Positions 18,812-28,838 of a stretch of 64,000 nucleotides of DNA are shown one piece after another (within the stretch, counting starts at the first letter, position 1; every line of letters begins with the position of its first letter). The DNA lies in assembly GCA_029212885.1 (NCBI GenBank), contig JARGPC010000007.1, forward strand, positions 4,652-68,651, read 5' to 3'. Origin of the DNA: Coxiellaceae bacterium. Its GTDB lineage: Bacteria > Pseudomonadota > Gammaproteobacteria > Coxiellales > Coxiellaceae. A program made the translations under genes and the position numbers. Below the pieces are notes generated by a model, which was not told where the DNA came from, made no database searches, and saw only the letters and a list, made by a program, of their open reading frames with translations.

Positions 18812-21790
18812 ATGAGAACACATATAGAACAACACCTAACCACGCATTTTAGACACAATAGCCTGTCTGAATATTTAAAACTTAAAAGCGACCAATTGCA
18901 GATTGCCAATGCAATAAATCACCCCCGCATGCACATGGCGAAAAATAGCTTAATGGCTATCAACTTAGCTGAAAAAACTGCGGCAAGCTTGCAGTGGCTA
19001 TGGCAGTATAAAACTACCATCATGCTCGCATCTGCCAGTGCGATGCTGACAGACTCGCTGTATTTCGGCATAGCACCCTGGATGATCACATCACTTGCCA
19101 GCGTCGCTGCCTCATATATCTATCCAGCAACAGCTGTAGCAACACTGGCCGTTGCCTCCTATAAAATCTATAAAGACGTTCTTTGTTTCGATGATTTACA
19201 TATTGGCCTTGAACCTGAGCCCACTCAACTTTCATATGTACAGCAAATAAAAAGGCTTGAAGTGAAAGCCGTACGCCATGCAACCAACGCATGGCTATCA
19301 TTAAGCACCGGTTGCGATCAAGCCGCGCTGAAAACAGCCGCAATCATAGCCTCATCATTCGCACCTGAATCTCCCGGCTTATGGCCTGGATGGGTAAGCT
19401 GGATATTGTCACTGCTGGGTGGCAGTCATCCGAGTGCTGATATCATGAACTCAAAAACACGCTTGCTACTCGATCATATTGAGAAAAAAATCACTGTGGA
19501 TGGCATCGGCATAGGAACACTTATCCACTGCTTAAAGCTAATTAAACAAAACAAAGAAGAAATTCGATACCACACCAATGGCACTGTCAATCAATTTTCC
19601 AGCCGTCTTTATGCTCTATTGAGTAAACTATCGCAACAAATGCAACAAGTGAATCAAGTCATCAAAACGATCTTTATCCACCTGGATACCATTGAAGAGC
19701 AATTACTATTAAAGCCAGGTCTGTTAACGCAACCCTTTCAACAGTTGGTCACTGAACTCTATGACCATTGCTATTTTATGGGATATACCTTTGCTACCCT
19801 GCCTTCTGAAAACGGGCAGCGCATTTATCGTGAAACACCACCGTTTACTGAATCCCGCCAACAGCATGCCTTAACACGGCAACAGCAGCTCAAACCGGAA
19901 GAACGTGTTGCAGCATACAATGAAGACAGTAGATTCAGCACCAGCAACATATCCCGCGCGAGACGGATGCTAGTTATTCTAAATGGTGAATCAATCAGTT
20001 ACTGCCGCATGATGGCAACACGCTTCAATAGCAAAGTAAGCATATATAAGCTCATTCGTGTAGCTGCATTAATTAATGGTGAACATGAATCAGAATACTT
20101 ATGGCTTTATAAGCGAGGCGAAAATACCCTCTCTTTTTATATTGACCGCATTCAAGCAACAATGCCACAGGTAATAGCGACCCCTTCGTATGACGCAGCA
20201 AAAAACCCTGCCTTTGATACTGAACAGGATTTATCGCTTGAAGCATATTTTTTGCGATCAAGCACTCAGCGAAAAATGGATACCGCTTCGCTGGATGAAA
20301 CAGGCGCACTAACAAAACTGTATACTTTGCAAAAAGAGTCAACTGACTTTTATTACAACATCTACCAACGATTTTTTGATTTATTTGGTGATGGTGGCAA
20401 ACTCGACAAACTGGGCAACGACCTTAGCAATCAAGGACGCAGGCAGTTAGCCTTATTGCGCGGGGAAGCTGACCGCATATTTAATAATCACCAGCTGCAT
20501 CCGCTAGAACGAATCACTTTAATATTAAGCTTAACTAAGCGTTATTTCCCACTGGGTGCTGTTGATGAATACCTAGAAGACTCAAATGCAAGTAATAGGC
20601 GACAATTATCATCGGATTTACAGTTTCTATACATAATCTTAAGCGACCCAATATTTTATAAAAATACTTATGACCTATTTAGCAGTGGAGGCTCATTAGC
20701 AAATCACAGCCATGTCGACATAAAGCACCGCGCTGATATTGTCCGAGACGTGATGAGTTATATTATGCAAGATAACACACTAGAATATGATCAGAAAACC
20801 GCGCAGATATCACATGTTATTCAAAGCAACTTCCCTATTGAACTGGCTGGATTCGTAGCTGAAAATGGCTTAAGCGATTATCTAAATCAATTGCAATACT
20901 ATCGTCAACCCCGAGCATCACTTACCAACAGCATTCCTCAGGGTGACGTACTCAACCCCTTACCCATTACCGAAAGTTTACGCGCACGTTCAGATCACAA
21001 CATTCCAGACTCCATCGCCATCTATCATTTTTTGCGCAACCATATTCAACATGAACACGGCTTTCTCGGGCAATTACTTTATGAACATAACCCTGCAGTA
21101 AATATGTCATTACAAACAATGCTGAATAACGTGAGAGACATGGCGTTTAGCACAAAATTTGATGAAGCTGAAAAACAAAAAGCAATCTGCCAACTGTTAT
21201 TTGCTTGTCATCGGCAACTGTCTGGCTTCCCCTATATTCAAGCGCATATAATGCATACGCAACATGCTTTTTTCGAACAAGCCTTAATAACTAGCTGCCA
21301 AGCTGAGGGTAATACCATTAGAGAACGCGTCTTTCGACGCCAGCAATTATTAAAAACAATTTTGCACCACCCAGCTGTAACATCACGCTCAAGAGCCACT
21401 CGCTCTAGTCGCCCCTCAAAAACCCGGTTAAGAAGGCGTAATAAACATACAGATCGTTATTTATTTTACGGCAACACACTACCTTGCGGCCTGTTAAGCT
21501 CAAAAGCAAAACTTGATGAACTTTTTACGCAAACCATCGATCTATACTGCACAATACATCGCCGTCGTAATGAAAGTCGCATGCTAGAAAATCTATTAGA
21601 TATCAGAGACAGTTTTTTCCCTACTGTGCCCAGTAGCGCGCATCCTGCCTGGGATTTAATCGCCTGCGTGGTTAACGAAATACGCGATAATCATTTGCGC
21701 TCTGATATCGTGGTAGCTTTCAAAGAGACCTGCAATGCAATATCACATGCCAATACGAGCGAACCCGGCATTGCACCGAGTCTTGCTTAA
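18812..21790 (+). CDS. Large orphan protein (992 aa), candidate effector
   Basis: Uninterrupted ORF with hydrophobic N-terminal segments. No recognisable domain. Confidence 0.5.
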   Translation: MRTHIEQHLTTHFRHNSLSEYLKLKSDQLQIANAINHPRMHMAKNSLMAINLAEKTAASLQWLWQYKTTIMLASASAMLTDSLYFGIAPWMITSLASVAASYIYPATAVATLAVASYKIYKDVLCFDDLHIGLEPEPTQLSYVQQIKRLEVKAVRHATNAWLSLSTGCDQAALKTAAIIASSFAPESPGLWPGWVSWILSLLGGSHPSADIMNSKTRLLLDHIEKKITVDGIGIGTLIHCLKLIKQNKEEIRYHTNGTVNQFSSRLYALLSKLSQQMQQVNQVIKTIFIHLDTIEEQLLLKPGLLTQPFQQLVTELYDHCYFMGYTFATLPSENGQRIYRETPPFTESRQQHALTRQQQLKPEERVAAYNEDSRFSTSNISRARRMLVILNGESISYCRMMATRFNSKVSIYKLIRVAALINGEHESEYLWLYKRGENTLSFYIDRIQATMPQVIATPSYDAAKNPAFDTEQDLSLEAYFLRSSTQRKMDTASLDETGALTKLYTLQKESTDFYYNIYQRFFDLFGDGGKLDKLGNDLSNQGRRQLALLRGEADRIFNNHQLHPLERITLILSLTKRYFPLGAVDEYLEDSNASNRRQLSSDLQFLYIILSDPIFYKNTYDLFSSGGSLANHSHVDIKHRADIVRDVMSYIMQDNTLEYDQKTAQISHVIQSNFPIELAGFVAENGLSDYLNQLQYYRQPRASLTNSIPQGDVLNPLPITESLRARSDHNIPDSIAIYHFLRNHIQHEHGFLGQLLYEHNPAVNMSLQTMLNNVRDMAFSTKFDEAEKQKAICQLLFACHRQLSGFPYIQAHIMHTQHAFFEQALITSCQAEGNTIRERVFRRQQLLKTILHHPAVTSRSRATRSSRPSKTRLRRRNKHTDRYLFYGNTLPCGLLSSKAKLDELFTQTIDLYCTIHRRRNESRMLENLLDIRDSFFPTVPSSAHPAWDLIACVVNEIRDNHLRSDIVVAFKETCNAISHANTSEPGIAPSLA

Positions 21791-21846
21791 ACACATTTGA
21801 ATAAGGTACACTCATAGCAATCAAACTAAAGATACGCCTTAACAAT

Positions 21847-22731
21847 ATGGCAACGAATCATCCACCAAAAACTGTTGGCACCGCCGTCCAAATACTAACT
21901 TTTTCTACCATTATATTTATTCTTTTTGTCATAACCAGAGTAACTAGCAGCCTACTCACCGAGCAAGCTACCTCATACCATAGCATAAGCACCAACTTAC
22001 TAGCACTTGGCGATGCTATCACTTACTTAATCATTGCAATCGTTTGCCTCGTAGGCATACACCGCGGAAAAAACTGGGCGCGCTACCTTTATCTCGCCTA
22101 CATTTGTGCGCGGTTTGCTGTACTCTATCTGAGCCATTCGTTTTCTCTTACCACTGTCACTCCAGTGATAACGCTAATAGTAATATCCTATTGGCTGCTG
22201 ATTGTTATTGGTATCACTTTACTTTTTTGCCCTGAAAGTCAATGTTACTTTAAAGGCGTTCCACCGCCTACATTTCAAGACACATTAAAGCGCCCGCAAA
22301 CAGTCAACACCGCTCTGCGAATCCAACTCTATAATTTAGCTGTTTTTATTGCCGGAGCCATTGCTGCAATTTTATATTATCGCGCGATTGGACAACCGCT
22401 ATGGCACCTTTCTCTCAACAGCACAATTGAAGTATTAATCGACACCCCGATCCACCTCATCATTATGGGCGGATTATTATTTGCGATGTACAGACAAAAA
22501 GCGTGGGCGCGTATCGTCTTTACTATTTATGTCATTTATCGACTGCTATTTCATTTCTACACCATTCACTACTTAGCCTATACAGTAAGGCTCGAGGTTC
22601 TTGTCTATGTTTTTCATGCCTTAAACTTCATAAGCTTAACACTGCTGTTTTGCCCAAGCAGTAACCGTTGGTTTTCCAGCGAAACAAAAACACCAAGATC
22701 TAACAACCAGCCCTGGAAAAACAAACCCTAA
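21847..22731 (+). CDS. Polytopic membrane protein with an internal two-fold duplication
   Basis: Two halves share HRGKNWARYLYLAYICARF / YRQKAWARIVFTIYVIYRL and LLFCPESQCYF / LLFCPSSNRWF. Confidence 0.5.
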   Translation: MATNHPPKTVGTAVQILTFSTIIFILFVITRVTSSLLTEQATSYHSISTNLLALGDAITYLIIAIVCLVGIHRGKNWARYLYLAYICARFAVLYLSHSFSLTTVTPVITLIVISYWLLIVIGITLLFCPESQCYFKGVPPPTFQDTLKRPQTVNTALRIQLYNLAVFIAGAIAAILYYRAIGQPLWHLSLNSTIEVLIDTPIHLIIMGGLLFAMYRQKAWARIVFTIYVIYRLLFHFYTIHYLAYTVRLEVLVYVFHALNFISLTLLFCPSSNRWFSSETKTPRSNNQPWKNKP

Positions 22732-22736
22732 AGCTT

Positions 22737-22805
22737 GAACAATAAGGTTGCACGCTCCTTCCGGCCTAAAGACCGGGGTCTCAGACCAACAAGGAATTAT
22801 GATGA
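22737..22805. repeat. Family 2 dispersed intergenic repeat (short form)
   Basis: GAACAATAAGGTTGCACGCTCCTTCCGGCCTAAAGACCGGGGTCTCAGACCAACAAGGAATTATGATGAAT. Its second copy at 36426-36585 carries a ~80-bp internal insertion. Confidence 0.8.
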
Positions 22806-22807
22806 AT

Positions 22808-23785
22808 TTAAATTTTTAAAATGATTTTTCCAGTATTTTTATTGTCTTCCATGTATTGATGCGCCTCAGCAACCTGCTCGATAGAAAACACACTATCCAC
22901 CACTGGCTGCAACAGCTGATCATCAAACAACGGTAAAAATTCCTGAGTGAATCGTTGTGTCATTAAACGCTTAGCAACAATTTCACGGCTACGCATAATC
23001 AAACCTTTAATCTGTAAACGATATCGAATCAAACGTCGCAAATCCAACTCTGCTTGCCAACCTTGCATCATAGCAATATTCACTAAGCGACCACCTTTAG
23101 CTAAGCAATGCAAGTTATCACTGAAATATCCTGCACCAATGAAATCTAAAATGATATCCACGCCCTTTTTATTACTATACTGCTCGACTATTTCACGAAA
23201 TGATTGCTGCTTATAATTAATACCTACATCACCACCGAGCGCCTTTACTTTTTCTAATTTTTGATCTGAACCTGCAGTATAAAATACCGTGGAACCTTTC
23301 AATTTTGCTAATTGCACTGCAGCTGTACCAACGCCACTAGCACCCGCATGAATTAATACGTCCTCGTTGTCGCCAAGCTCTCCTAAAATAAATAATGCCT
23401 GCATCGCCGTTAAGAATGCTTCCGGTATTGCTGCGGCCTGCTCATACGATAATACCTCAGGAGCACTCATCAACATACCCGCATCAACTAAGCAATATTC
23501 CGCATAAGCTCCGCTTCCCACTAACGCACAGACCCTATCACCAACCATCCAATCAGTGACATCATCCGCAACTGAACTGATCTCGCCACTGACCTCTAAA
23601 CCTAAAATATCAGACTCACCCGGCGGTGGTGGATACTTACCTTTACGTTGTAATACATCCGCTCGGTTAATGCCTATGGCTTTAACCTTTACCAATACTT
23701 TACCTGCAGTGACTTCAGGAAAAGGCACTTCCGTTAACTGCATCACTTCAGGCCCGCCAAATTCAGGCAGCGTTACCGCTCGCAT
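22808..23785 (-). CDS. qor: NADPH:quinone oxidoreductase / zinc-type alcohol dehydrogenase superfamily (Qor-like)
   Basis: MRAVTLPEFGGPEVMQLTEVPFPE...GINRADVLQRKGKYPPPPG and a GAGYFS-type NAD(P)-binding Rossmann motif. The start is taken at MRAV rather than the upstream ATG. Confidence 0.85.
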   Translation of the reverse strand: MRAVTLPEFGGPEVMQLTEVPFPEVTAGKVLVKVKAIGINRADVLQRKGKYPPPPGESDILGLEVSGEISSVADDVTDWMVGDRVCALVGSGAYAEYCLVDAGMLMSAPEVLSYEQAAAIPEAFLTAMQALFILGELGDNEDVLIHAGASGVGTAAVQLAKLKGSTVFYTAGSDQKLEKVKALGGDVGINYKQQSFREIVEQYSNKKGVDIILDFIGAGYFSDNLHCLAKGGRLVNIAMMQGWQAELDLRRLIRYRLQIKGLIMRSREIVAKRLMTQRFTQEFLPLFDDQLLQPVVDSVFSIEQVAEAHQYMEDNKNTGKIILKI

Positions 23786-24977
23786 GCTTACCTCCTCGTG
23801 AAACAAAATATATACATAACACCAAACAGGCTAGCGCTATAAACAAAAATAACATAGACATTGCACGCTGATTCTGAGCATGCGGAATTGATACCAGCGC
23901 ACTCATAATCGATGCAATTAATATTTGCGTAAAACCATAAGTTGCACCTGCTGTGCCTGCCATTTTGGGGTAAGGCGATAAAGCGGTACTGGTAGCATTT
24001 TCAAATAGCAAGCCAACACCAAAAATAAACAATCCACCGGGCAATACAACTACCCATGCATTGATGTACCCCATGGAATACGTGATCAAAAAAACCAATG
24101 CAGCAACTAACATTACCGTTACTCCGCTCAGCAACATCGCATATGTACCTACGCGCGAAACAATAACACTATTCAAAATATTAGCTACACCTAAACAACC
24201 TGCAATCGCAAACGCCGTCCATCCGTATTGCACCGGCGACAAACCCACCACATGCTGCAATATAAATGGACTCTCAATAAGATAAATTAAAATACTGCTA
24301 TAACTCAATCCCGCCATTAATGCCGCACCCATAAACTGTGCATCACTAAACAACGACCAATAACGCGACACCAATACACGCGGCTTAAGCGGCACCTCAT
24401 TTAAATAGCGATTAGTTTCAGGCAACCATATAAACATCACAATAAGAAAAAATAAAATATACCCCAGCATAAATAAAAAATTAGCACGCCAACCAAAATA
24501 TTGCTGCAGATAGCCACCTAGCGCTAACGATGCCATTAATATTAACGCAATCGCAATCATGATATAGGACGCAAAGCGCGATAGCCGTGCCCACTTACCA
24601 TACACATCACGCATCATCGCTCGGTAAATCACCACCCCCGCCGACATTCCCAAACCTTGCACCGCGCGCCCCACCATCAATAAGGCTATATGCGTAGACA
24701 TATAACAAATCAACGTACCTAACCACGCAATCGAAAAGCCAATCATCACCATTCGTCGTCGACCAAAGCGATCCGATAGCGGACCATAAAATAATTGCGC
24801 AATACAAAATGCAAACATATAACAGCTGACTGTTAATTGCACTAATGATTTGTTGGTGACCAATGCCATCGGGATAGAAGGCATCGCAGGGCTAAAAATA
24901 TCATTGGCAATTACACCAATCGTGCCCATGACAACGATTAAGCCAAACAATAAAACCGGGTGTAATTTCGTGCTCAT
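23763..24977 (-). CDS. MFS transporter, Bcr/CflA drug-resistance subfamily
   Basis: 12 TM segments with GPLSDRFGRRRMVMIGFS (MFS motif A). Confidence 0.85.
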   Translation of the reverse strand: MSTKLHPVLLFGLIVVMGTIGVIANDIFSPAMPSIPMALVTNKSLVQLTVSCYMFAFCIAQLFYGPLSDRFGRRRMVMIGFSIAWLGTLICYMSTHIALLMVGRAVQGLGMSAGVVIYRAMMRDVYGKWARLSRFASYIMIAIALILMASLALGGYLQQYFGWRANFLFMLGYILFFLIVMFIWLPETNRYLNEVPLKPRVLVSRYWSLFSDAQFMGAALMAGLSYSSILIYLIESPFILQHVVGLSPVQYGWTAFAIAGCLGVANILNSVIVSRVGTYAMLLSGVTVMLVAALVFLITYSMGYINAWVVVLPGGLFIFGVGLLFENATSTALSPYPKMAGTAGATYGFTQILIASIMSALVSIPHAQNQRAMSMLFLFIALACLVLCIYFVSRGGKHASGNAA

Positions 24978-25004
24978 ACTGTAATAGTATCAGCCACACT
25001 GCCC

Positions 25005-25697
25005 TTAAGCCATTAACGATTGCAACTGCGGCTGATCCAATAAAGTAATATGGCGACGCCTAACACTAATGACTTGCTGCTTTTCTAATTGCGTCAACAA
25101 GCGGCTAACCGTCTCGCTAGCCAAGCCCAAATAATTGCCAACATCCTCACGTGACATCGGCAAATTGAATTGCGTCGATGAACAACCTCGGCGCTTATAG
25201 CGTGATGATAGGTTTGCTAGAAATCCGACCAGACTTTGCATCGCTGTTGCTTGCCGGCTGGAAAATTGCTCACGCGTCATTTGACCACTCATCATACAAA
25301 ACATTTGTTTTTGTAATATCGGCAATTCAGAGGCCACCTTTAATAATTGTTCAAATGGAATCTTGCATACTGTGCTGGTTTCAAGCGCTTTAACTGTTGT
25401 AATATAACGCTGATCAGAGATTGCATCAAATCCAAACAGCTCTCCAGGCAAGTGAAAGGCGAGTAATTTTTCACTACCATCACTGCTCAATTGCGTGCAT
25501 TTAAATGCACCCGATTGCACTGCATATAATGCTGTAAACTCATCACCAGCTCGACACAACACCTCGCCACGCTCAACCATAATGCTGCGATCAATCAACG
25601 ACGATACCGTCTGCATGTGTTGGTCACTTAACCCCATCGGCAAACAAACCGGATGTAAACAACAATCACCACACCTTACTCTATGCATATCATTCAT
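25005..25697 (-). CDS. fnr: FNR/ANR oxygen-sensing transcriptional regulator (Crp/Fnr family)
   Basis: N-terminal Cys cluster C-x2-C-x5-C (RCGDCCLHPVC) plus a central Cys (ETSTVCKIPFEQL, cf. E. coli ETSMVCEIPFETL). HTH REDVGNYLGLASETVSRLL (cf. REDIGNYLGLTVETISRLL). Confidence 0.9.
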   Translation of the reverse strand: MNDMHRVRCGDCCLHPVCLPMGLSDQHMQTVSSLIDRSIMVERGEVLCRAGDEFTALYAVQSGAFKCTQLSSDGSEKLLAFHLPGELFGFDAISDQRYITTVKALETSTVCKIPFEQLLKVASELPILQKQMFCMMSGQMTREQFSSRQATAMQSLVGFLANLSSRYKRRGCSSTQFNLPMSREDVGNYLGLASETVSRLLTQLEKQQVISVRRRHITLLDQPQLQSLMA

Positions 25698-26965
25698 TTT
25701 ATAATCTCACCCGCTAAACATAACTCATTAACACCCGTCGTATATGGCCCACTGGCCGGCAATCGCAATAAACGCCTCACGGCTAAATAAGCAAAAATTT
25801 CAGCTTCAATGGCTTGCGACTGCCAATTGACTTGATCACACAATAACGCTTCTGCTTTTGGCAAATGCTGCTTTACCAGCTGCTTAAATATGTTAAGTAA
25901 CACCGGATTGTTCCAGCCACCACCCGCAAGAATTAAACGCTGGATCCCGGCTCGGGGGCCGGGATGACAAGTGCGGGGGCCGGAGTCAACCTCTGTCATC
26001 CCCGAGTCAACCTCTGTCATCCCGGACTTGATCCGGGATCCAGCCAACAAGCCTTGCACCAACATATCCGCAGTAAAATACGTCACAGTATAACAAGCAT
26101 CATAAAAAGCCTGCCCCTGTAAAGCGATACCTTCAGGTAAAACCAGGTCATGAATATCTAACGACTTCGGCCATGGCCGATCAGCAAACAACTGCGCATC
26201 ACCGCACACAGCTGTTTGCCACAACTGTTGCAGCAATGCTGTATCAAGCTGGCCTTGAGACGCAAAAAAACCGTCCTTATCATAATGCTGCTTACCCTCA
26301 GTCGCCAGCATCACCAAACGATCAATCAAACCATTACCCGGCCCAATATCACTGGCTTGCACTTGCTCCCAACCTTCACCTGCAACACAGGTGGCATTGC
26401 AAATGCCGCCACAATTTATCACTACCGCCGGCGCTAATTGATCACGCAATACCAATGCCTGATGATAAGCCGGCGCCAACGGTGCGCCCTGCCCACCCTG
26501 CAATACATCATGCAAACGAAATTGGTGCACCAATGGCACCGCTAAAGTATCCGCTAAAGTATCCGCTAAATAATCAGCATCACCCACTTGAATGGTCACC
26601 CCATCTTGTGGTGCGTGATATAACGTCTGCCCATGAAAACCAATCACATCCACCGGTTGATCAACTTGTTGCATTAATTGTTGAATCGCCTGCGCATGAT
26701 ATTGCGTTAATTGCTGCAAACTGCTTACCCAATGATCGCAACGCTGCTGAACAATTGACAGATTACCTTTTGCTTCTGAACACAGCTGCGCCAATTTTTT
26801 TAAGTCGCCTTGCAATGCCGAGGGATAATTAACCGACACATACCCTAACGATTCAATTTCATCCACACCATTAGTGCGGATCATCGCCACATCAACACCA
26901 TCCATTGAGGTGCCGGACATCGTGCCAATTGCTGTATATAAAGTCTGCTGATTCATGCTGCGCAT
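25694..26965 (-). CDS. anmK: Anhydro-N-acetylmuramic acid kinase carrying an in-frame ~105-bp repeat-element insertion
   Basis: N-terminus MRSMNQQTLYTAIGTMSGTSMDGVD matches the AnmK start (MSGTSLDGVD). The C-terminal LILAGGGWNNP corresponds to the conserved GGG(A/V)xN block. The segment SGMTEVDSGMTEVDSGPRTCHPGPRAGIQ is encoded by the family 1 repeat at 25940-26045. The start is chosen at the AnmK-like Met, since the upstream ORF extension to 27187 overlaps the sodC promoter region. Confidence 0.85.
   Translation of the reverse strand: MRSMNQQTLYTAIGTMSGTSMDGVDVAMIRTNGVDEIESLGYVSVNYPSALQGDLKKLAQLCSEAKGNLSIVQQRCDHWVSSLQQLTQYHAQAIQQLMQQVDQPVDVIGFHGQTLYHAPQDGVTIQVGDADYLADTLADTLAVPLVHQFRLHDVLQGGQGAPLAPAYHQALVLRDQLAPAVVINCGGICNATCVAGEGWEQVQASDIGPGNGLIDRLVMLATEGKQHYDKDGFFASQGQLDTALLQQLWQTAVCGDAQLFADRPWPKSLDIHDLVLPEGIALQGQAFYDACYTVTYFTADMLVQGLLAGSRIKSGMTEVDSGMTEVDSGPRTCHPGPRAGIQRLILAGGGWNNPVLLNIFKQLVKQHLPKAEALLCDQVNWQSQAIEAEIFAYLAVRRLLRLPASGPYTTGVNELCLAGEIIK
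25940..26045. repeat. Family 1 hairpin repeat copy inside the anmK coding sequence
   Basis: CTGGATCCCGGCTCGGGGGCCGGGATGACAAG...CCTCTGTCATCCCGGACTTGATCCGGGATCCAG. It has the same termini as the copies at 375-478, 1085-1186 and 33430-33568. Confidence 0.85.
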
Positions 26966-27026
26966 GATAGCACACCCCCCTTTTGATTTGTTACAATCAT
27001 GCCGAACACATCTACAGGAATGTATT

Positions 27027-27518
27027 ATGAAATTTTTAGCCACCCTAGCCCTGTCATTGATCACCGCCACCGCTTTTGCGGATAGCAAAACATTGGTGAT
27101 TAACATGCACCTTTTGAATGGTAAAAATACATCCATTGGCACCATCACCGCCACCGATACTGAAAAAGGTCTCAAGCTAACACCCAATCTGCATGGCTTA
27201 CCGCCAGGTGATCATGGCTTTCATGTACATGTAAAACCCGATTGCAGCAATAAAGGTATGGCAGCCGGTGGACACTACGACCCACTCGATACTAAGCAAC
27301 ACCTAGGCCCTTATAAATATGGCCACCGCGGTGACTTGCCCCGCTTAGAAGCAAACAAAAAAGGCGATGCCGATACGGCCGTTGTTGCACGACACCTCAC
27401 ACTGGAAAAAATCAAAGGCCACAGCTTAATGATTCATGTGCATGGCGATAACTACTCTGACATCCCAAAACCTTTAGGTGGTGGCGGCCCGCGCTTGGCC
27501 TGCGGTGTGATCCAGTAG
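27027..27518 (+). CDS. sodC: Periplasmic Cu/Zn superoxide dismutase
   Basis: Signal peptide MKFLATLALSLITATAFA followed by GFHVHVKPDC, GGHYDP and HGDNYSDIPKPLGGGGPRLACGVIQ. Confidence 0.9.
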   Translation: MKFLATLALSLITATAFADSKTLVINMHLLNGKNTSIGTITATDTEKGLKLTPNLHGLPPGDHGFHVHVKPDCSNKGMAAGGHYDPLDTKQHLGPYKYGHRGDLPRLEANKKGDADTAVVARHLTLEKIKGHSLMIHVHGDNYSDIPKPLGGGGPRLACGVIQ

Positions 27519-27643
27519 CAATACTACAAACCCAGCAACGCCCACGGCAGCGGATATACAGGAACGTGCTGCACAATAAAGTGACAACCGCCTTATGGCC
27601 AGATATAATCTCCTGCTGGGAGACATAACATAAGGCTATCACC

Positions 27644-28777
27644 GTGAGAAAATTCACCAAATGCTGTGCTGGACTCAGCGGACTTTTCAGCAGAAAAAAA
27701 ACAAAGAGCATCGCCCAACAATTTATTGACTTTAACCTGAATGAAACACCAATCGCCGCAGGCTCGGCGCTGGATGACTTCAATAAATCTATTGTAACGC
27801 GTGATACACGTGTATTACACGATTGGAGTCTTCGCTACGCCTATGAGCTTGATAGCTTTCAGCTCAACATACTGACTGAACATCACGCATATCTTGACAC
27901 CTTGCAGCACCGTGACGGCTTTACACTACCTGCCGACATGTCGCTGACGAAACACCTCAGCAGGACGGTAACCACCCTTGAACAAGCGCTTACTTTATTG
28001 GACCAATCAACTCAAATCCTAGAGCGACTAGGCGCTAGTGCGACTGCAGAAGATAAGCGTCAAAATGACAACCTATCCAGCCTTGCCTATCAAGCCCGGC
28101 GCAGCATGTACCATGAGATGGCCATAAAAGATCCAGCCTATTTTAGTGCTGTTGTTGATATTAGCAATCTCAATAAAGGTGCCACTAGCGAGCCCTTTAC
28201 CACAGCAATTAAAGATCTAGTTGATGCTAATGAAGGGTGTAGCATCATGCCCGCCCCTGATCGTTATCAAATTCGCATCCATCCAAGATTTCATGGCAAT
28301 GTACAATACGAGATTATGGCAACGATATTAAAAAATGACTCTGCAACTGAAGAGCCTATGCATGCAGCCTATTTAATTAGCGCGCATGGCGCGCTTGATT
28401 TAGACCGCAAGTTAGAAGACAGCAATATCCATACTATCGACTTCGCTGAAGAAATATGGGATACATTTAACCGCGTCTCAACAGAATTCGCCAATATGCA
28501 AAGACGTGTAGGCATCATCCCCAGCCGCCTCTCAGCTGATGCCCGCAATGCCATACTGTGTCGCTGCCTAGCGGAGCACAATGAAGCCATGGCAGAAAGT
28601 AAAGTAGGTCACGGTGAAGAAAAAGCCACGCCCACTACTGGACCAATAGAACCCCTCGCTGATACCAGTCGGTTCTGGCAAAACCCATTAGCAGCAAGCC
28701 GAACTGGCAGGCTGCAAAGAATTACCAGTGGAACAGCAACCGTGAAACGAGATGAGCGCCGTCCCAGCTTTTTATGA
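27644..28777 (+). CDS. Hypothetical orphan protein (377 aa), candidate effector
   Basis: GTG start with TAAGG upstream. No domain recognised. Confidence 0.45.
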   Translation: MRKFTKCCAGLSGLFSRKKTKSIAQQFIDFNLNETPIAAGSALDDFNKSIVTRDTRVLHDWSLRYAYELDSFQLNILTEHHAYLDTLQHRDGFTLPADMSLTKHLSRTVTTLEQALTLLDQSTQILERLGASATAEDKRQNDNLSSLAYQARRSMYHEMAIKDPAYFSAVVDISNLNKGATSEPFTTAIKDLVDANEGCSIMPAPDRYQIRIHPRFHGNVQYEIMATILKNDSATEEPMHAAYLISAHGALDLDRKLEDSNIHTIDFAEEIWDTFNRVSTEFANMQRRVGIIPSRLSADARNAILCRCLAEHNEAMAESKVGHGEEKATPTTGPIEPLADTSRFWQNPLAASRTGRLQRITSGTATVKRDERRPSFL

Positions 28778-28838
28778 AATAAAACAAAACCTGTCTATAC
28801 TTTAGCCACTTAAGGATAAAATATGGACAGGTGATTTC

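Noticed and set aside
25694-27187. Full 497-aa ORF as the anmK gene
   Set aside because: The first 74 codons have no AnmK similarity and overlap the sodC promoter/5' region. The AnmK-like start is at MRSMNQQ (CDS end 26965).
27412-27783. 123-aa minus-strand ORF
   Set aside because: It overlaps the sodC 3' end and the start of the next + strand gene, with no RBS.
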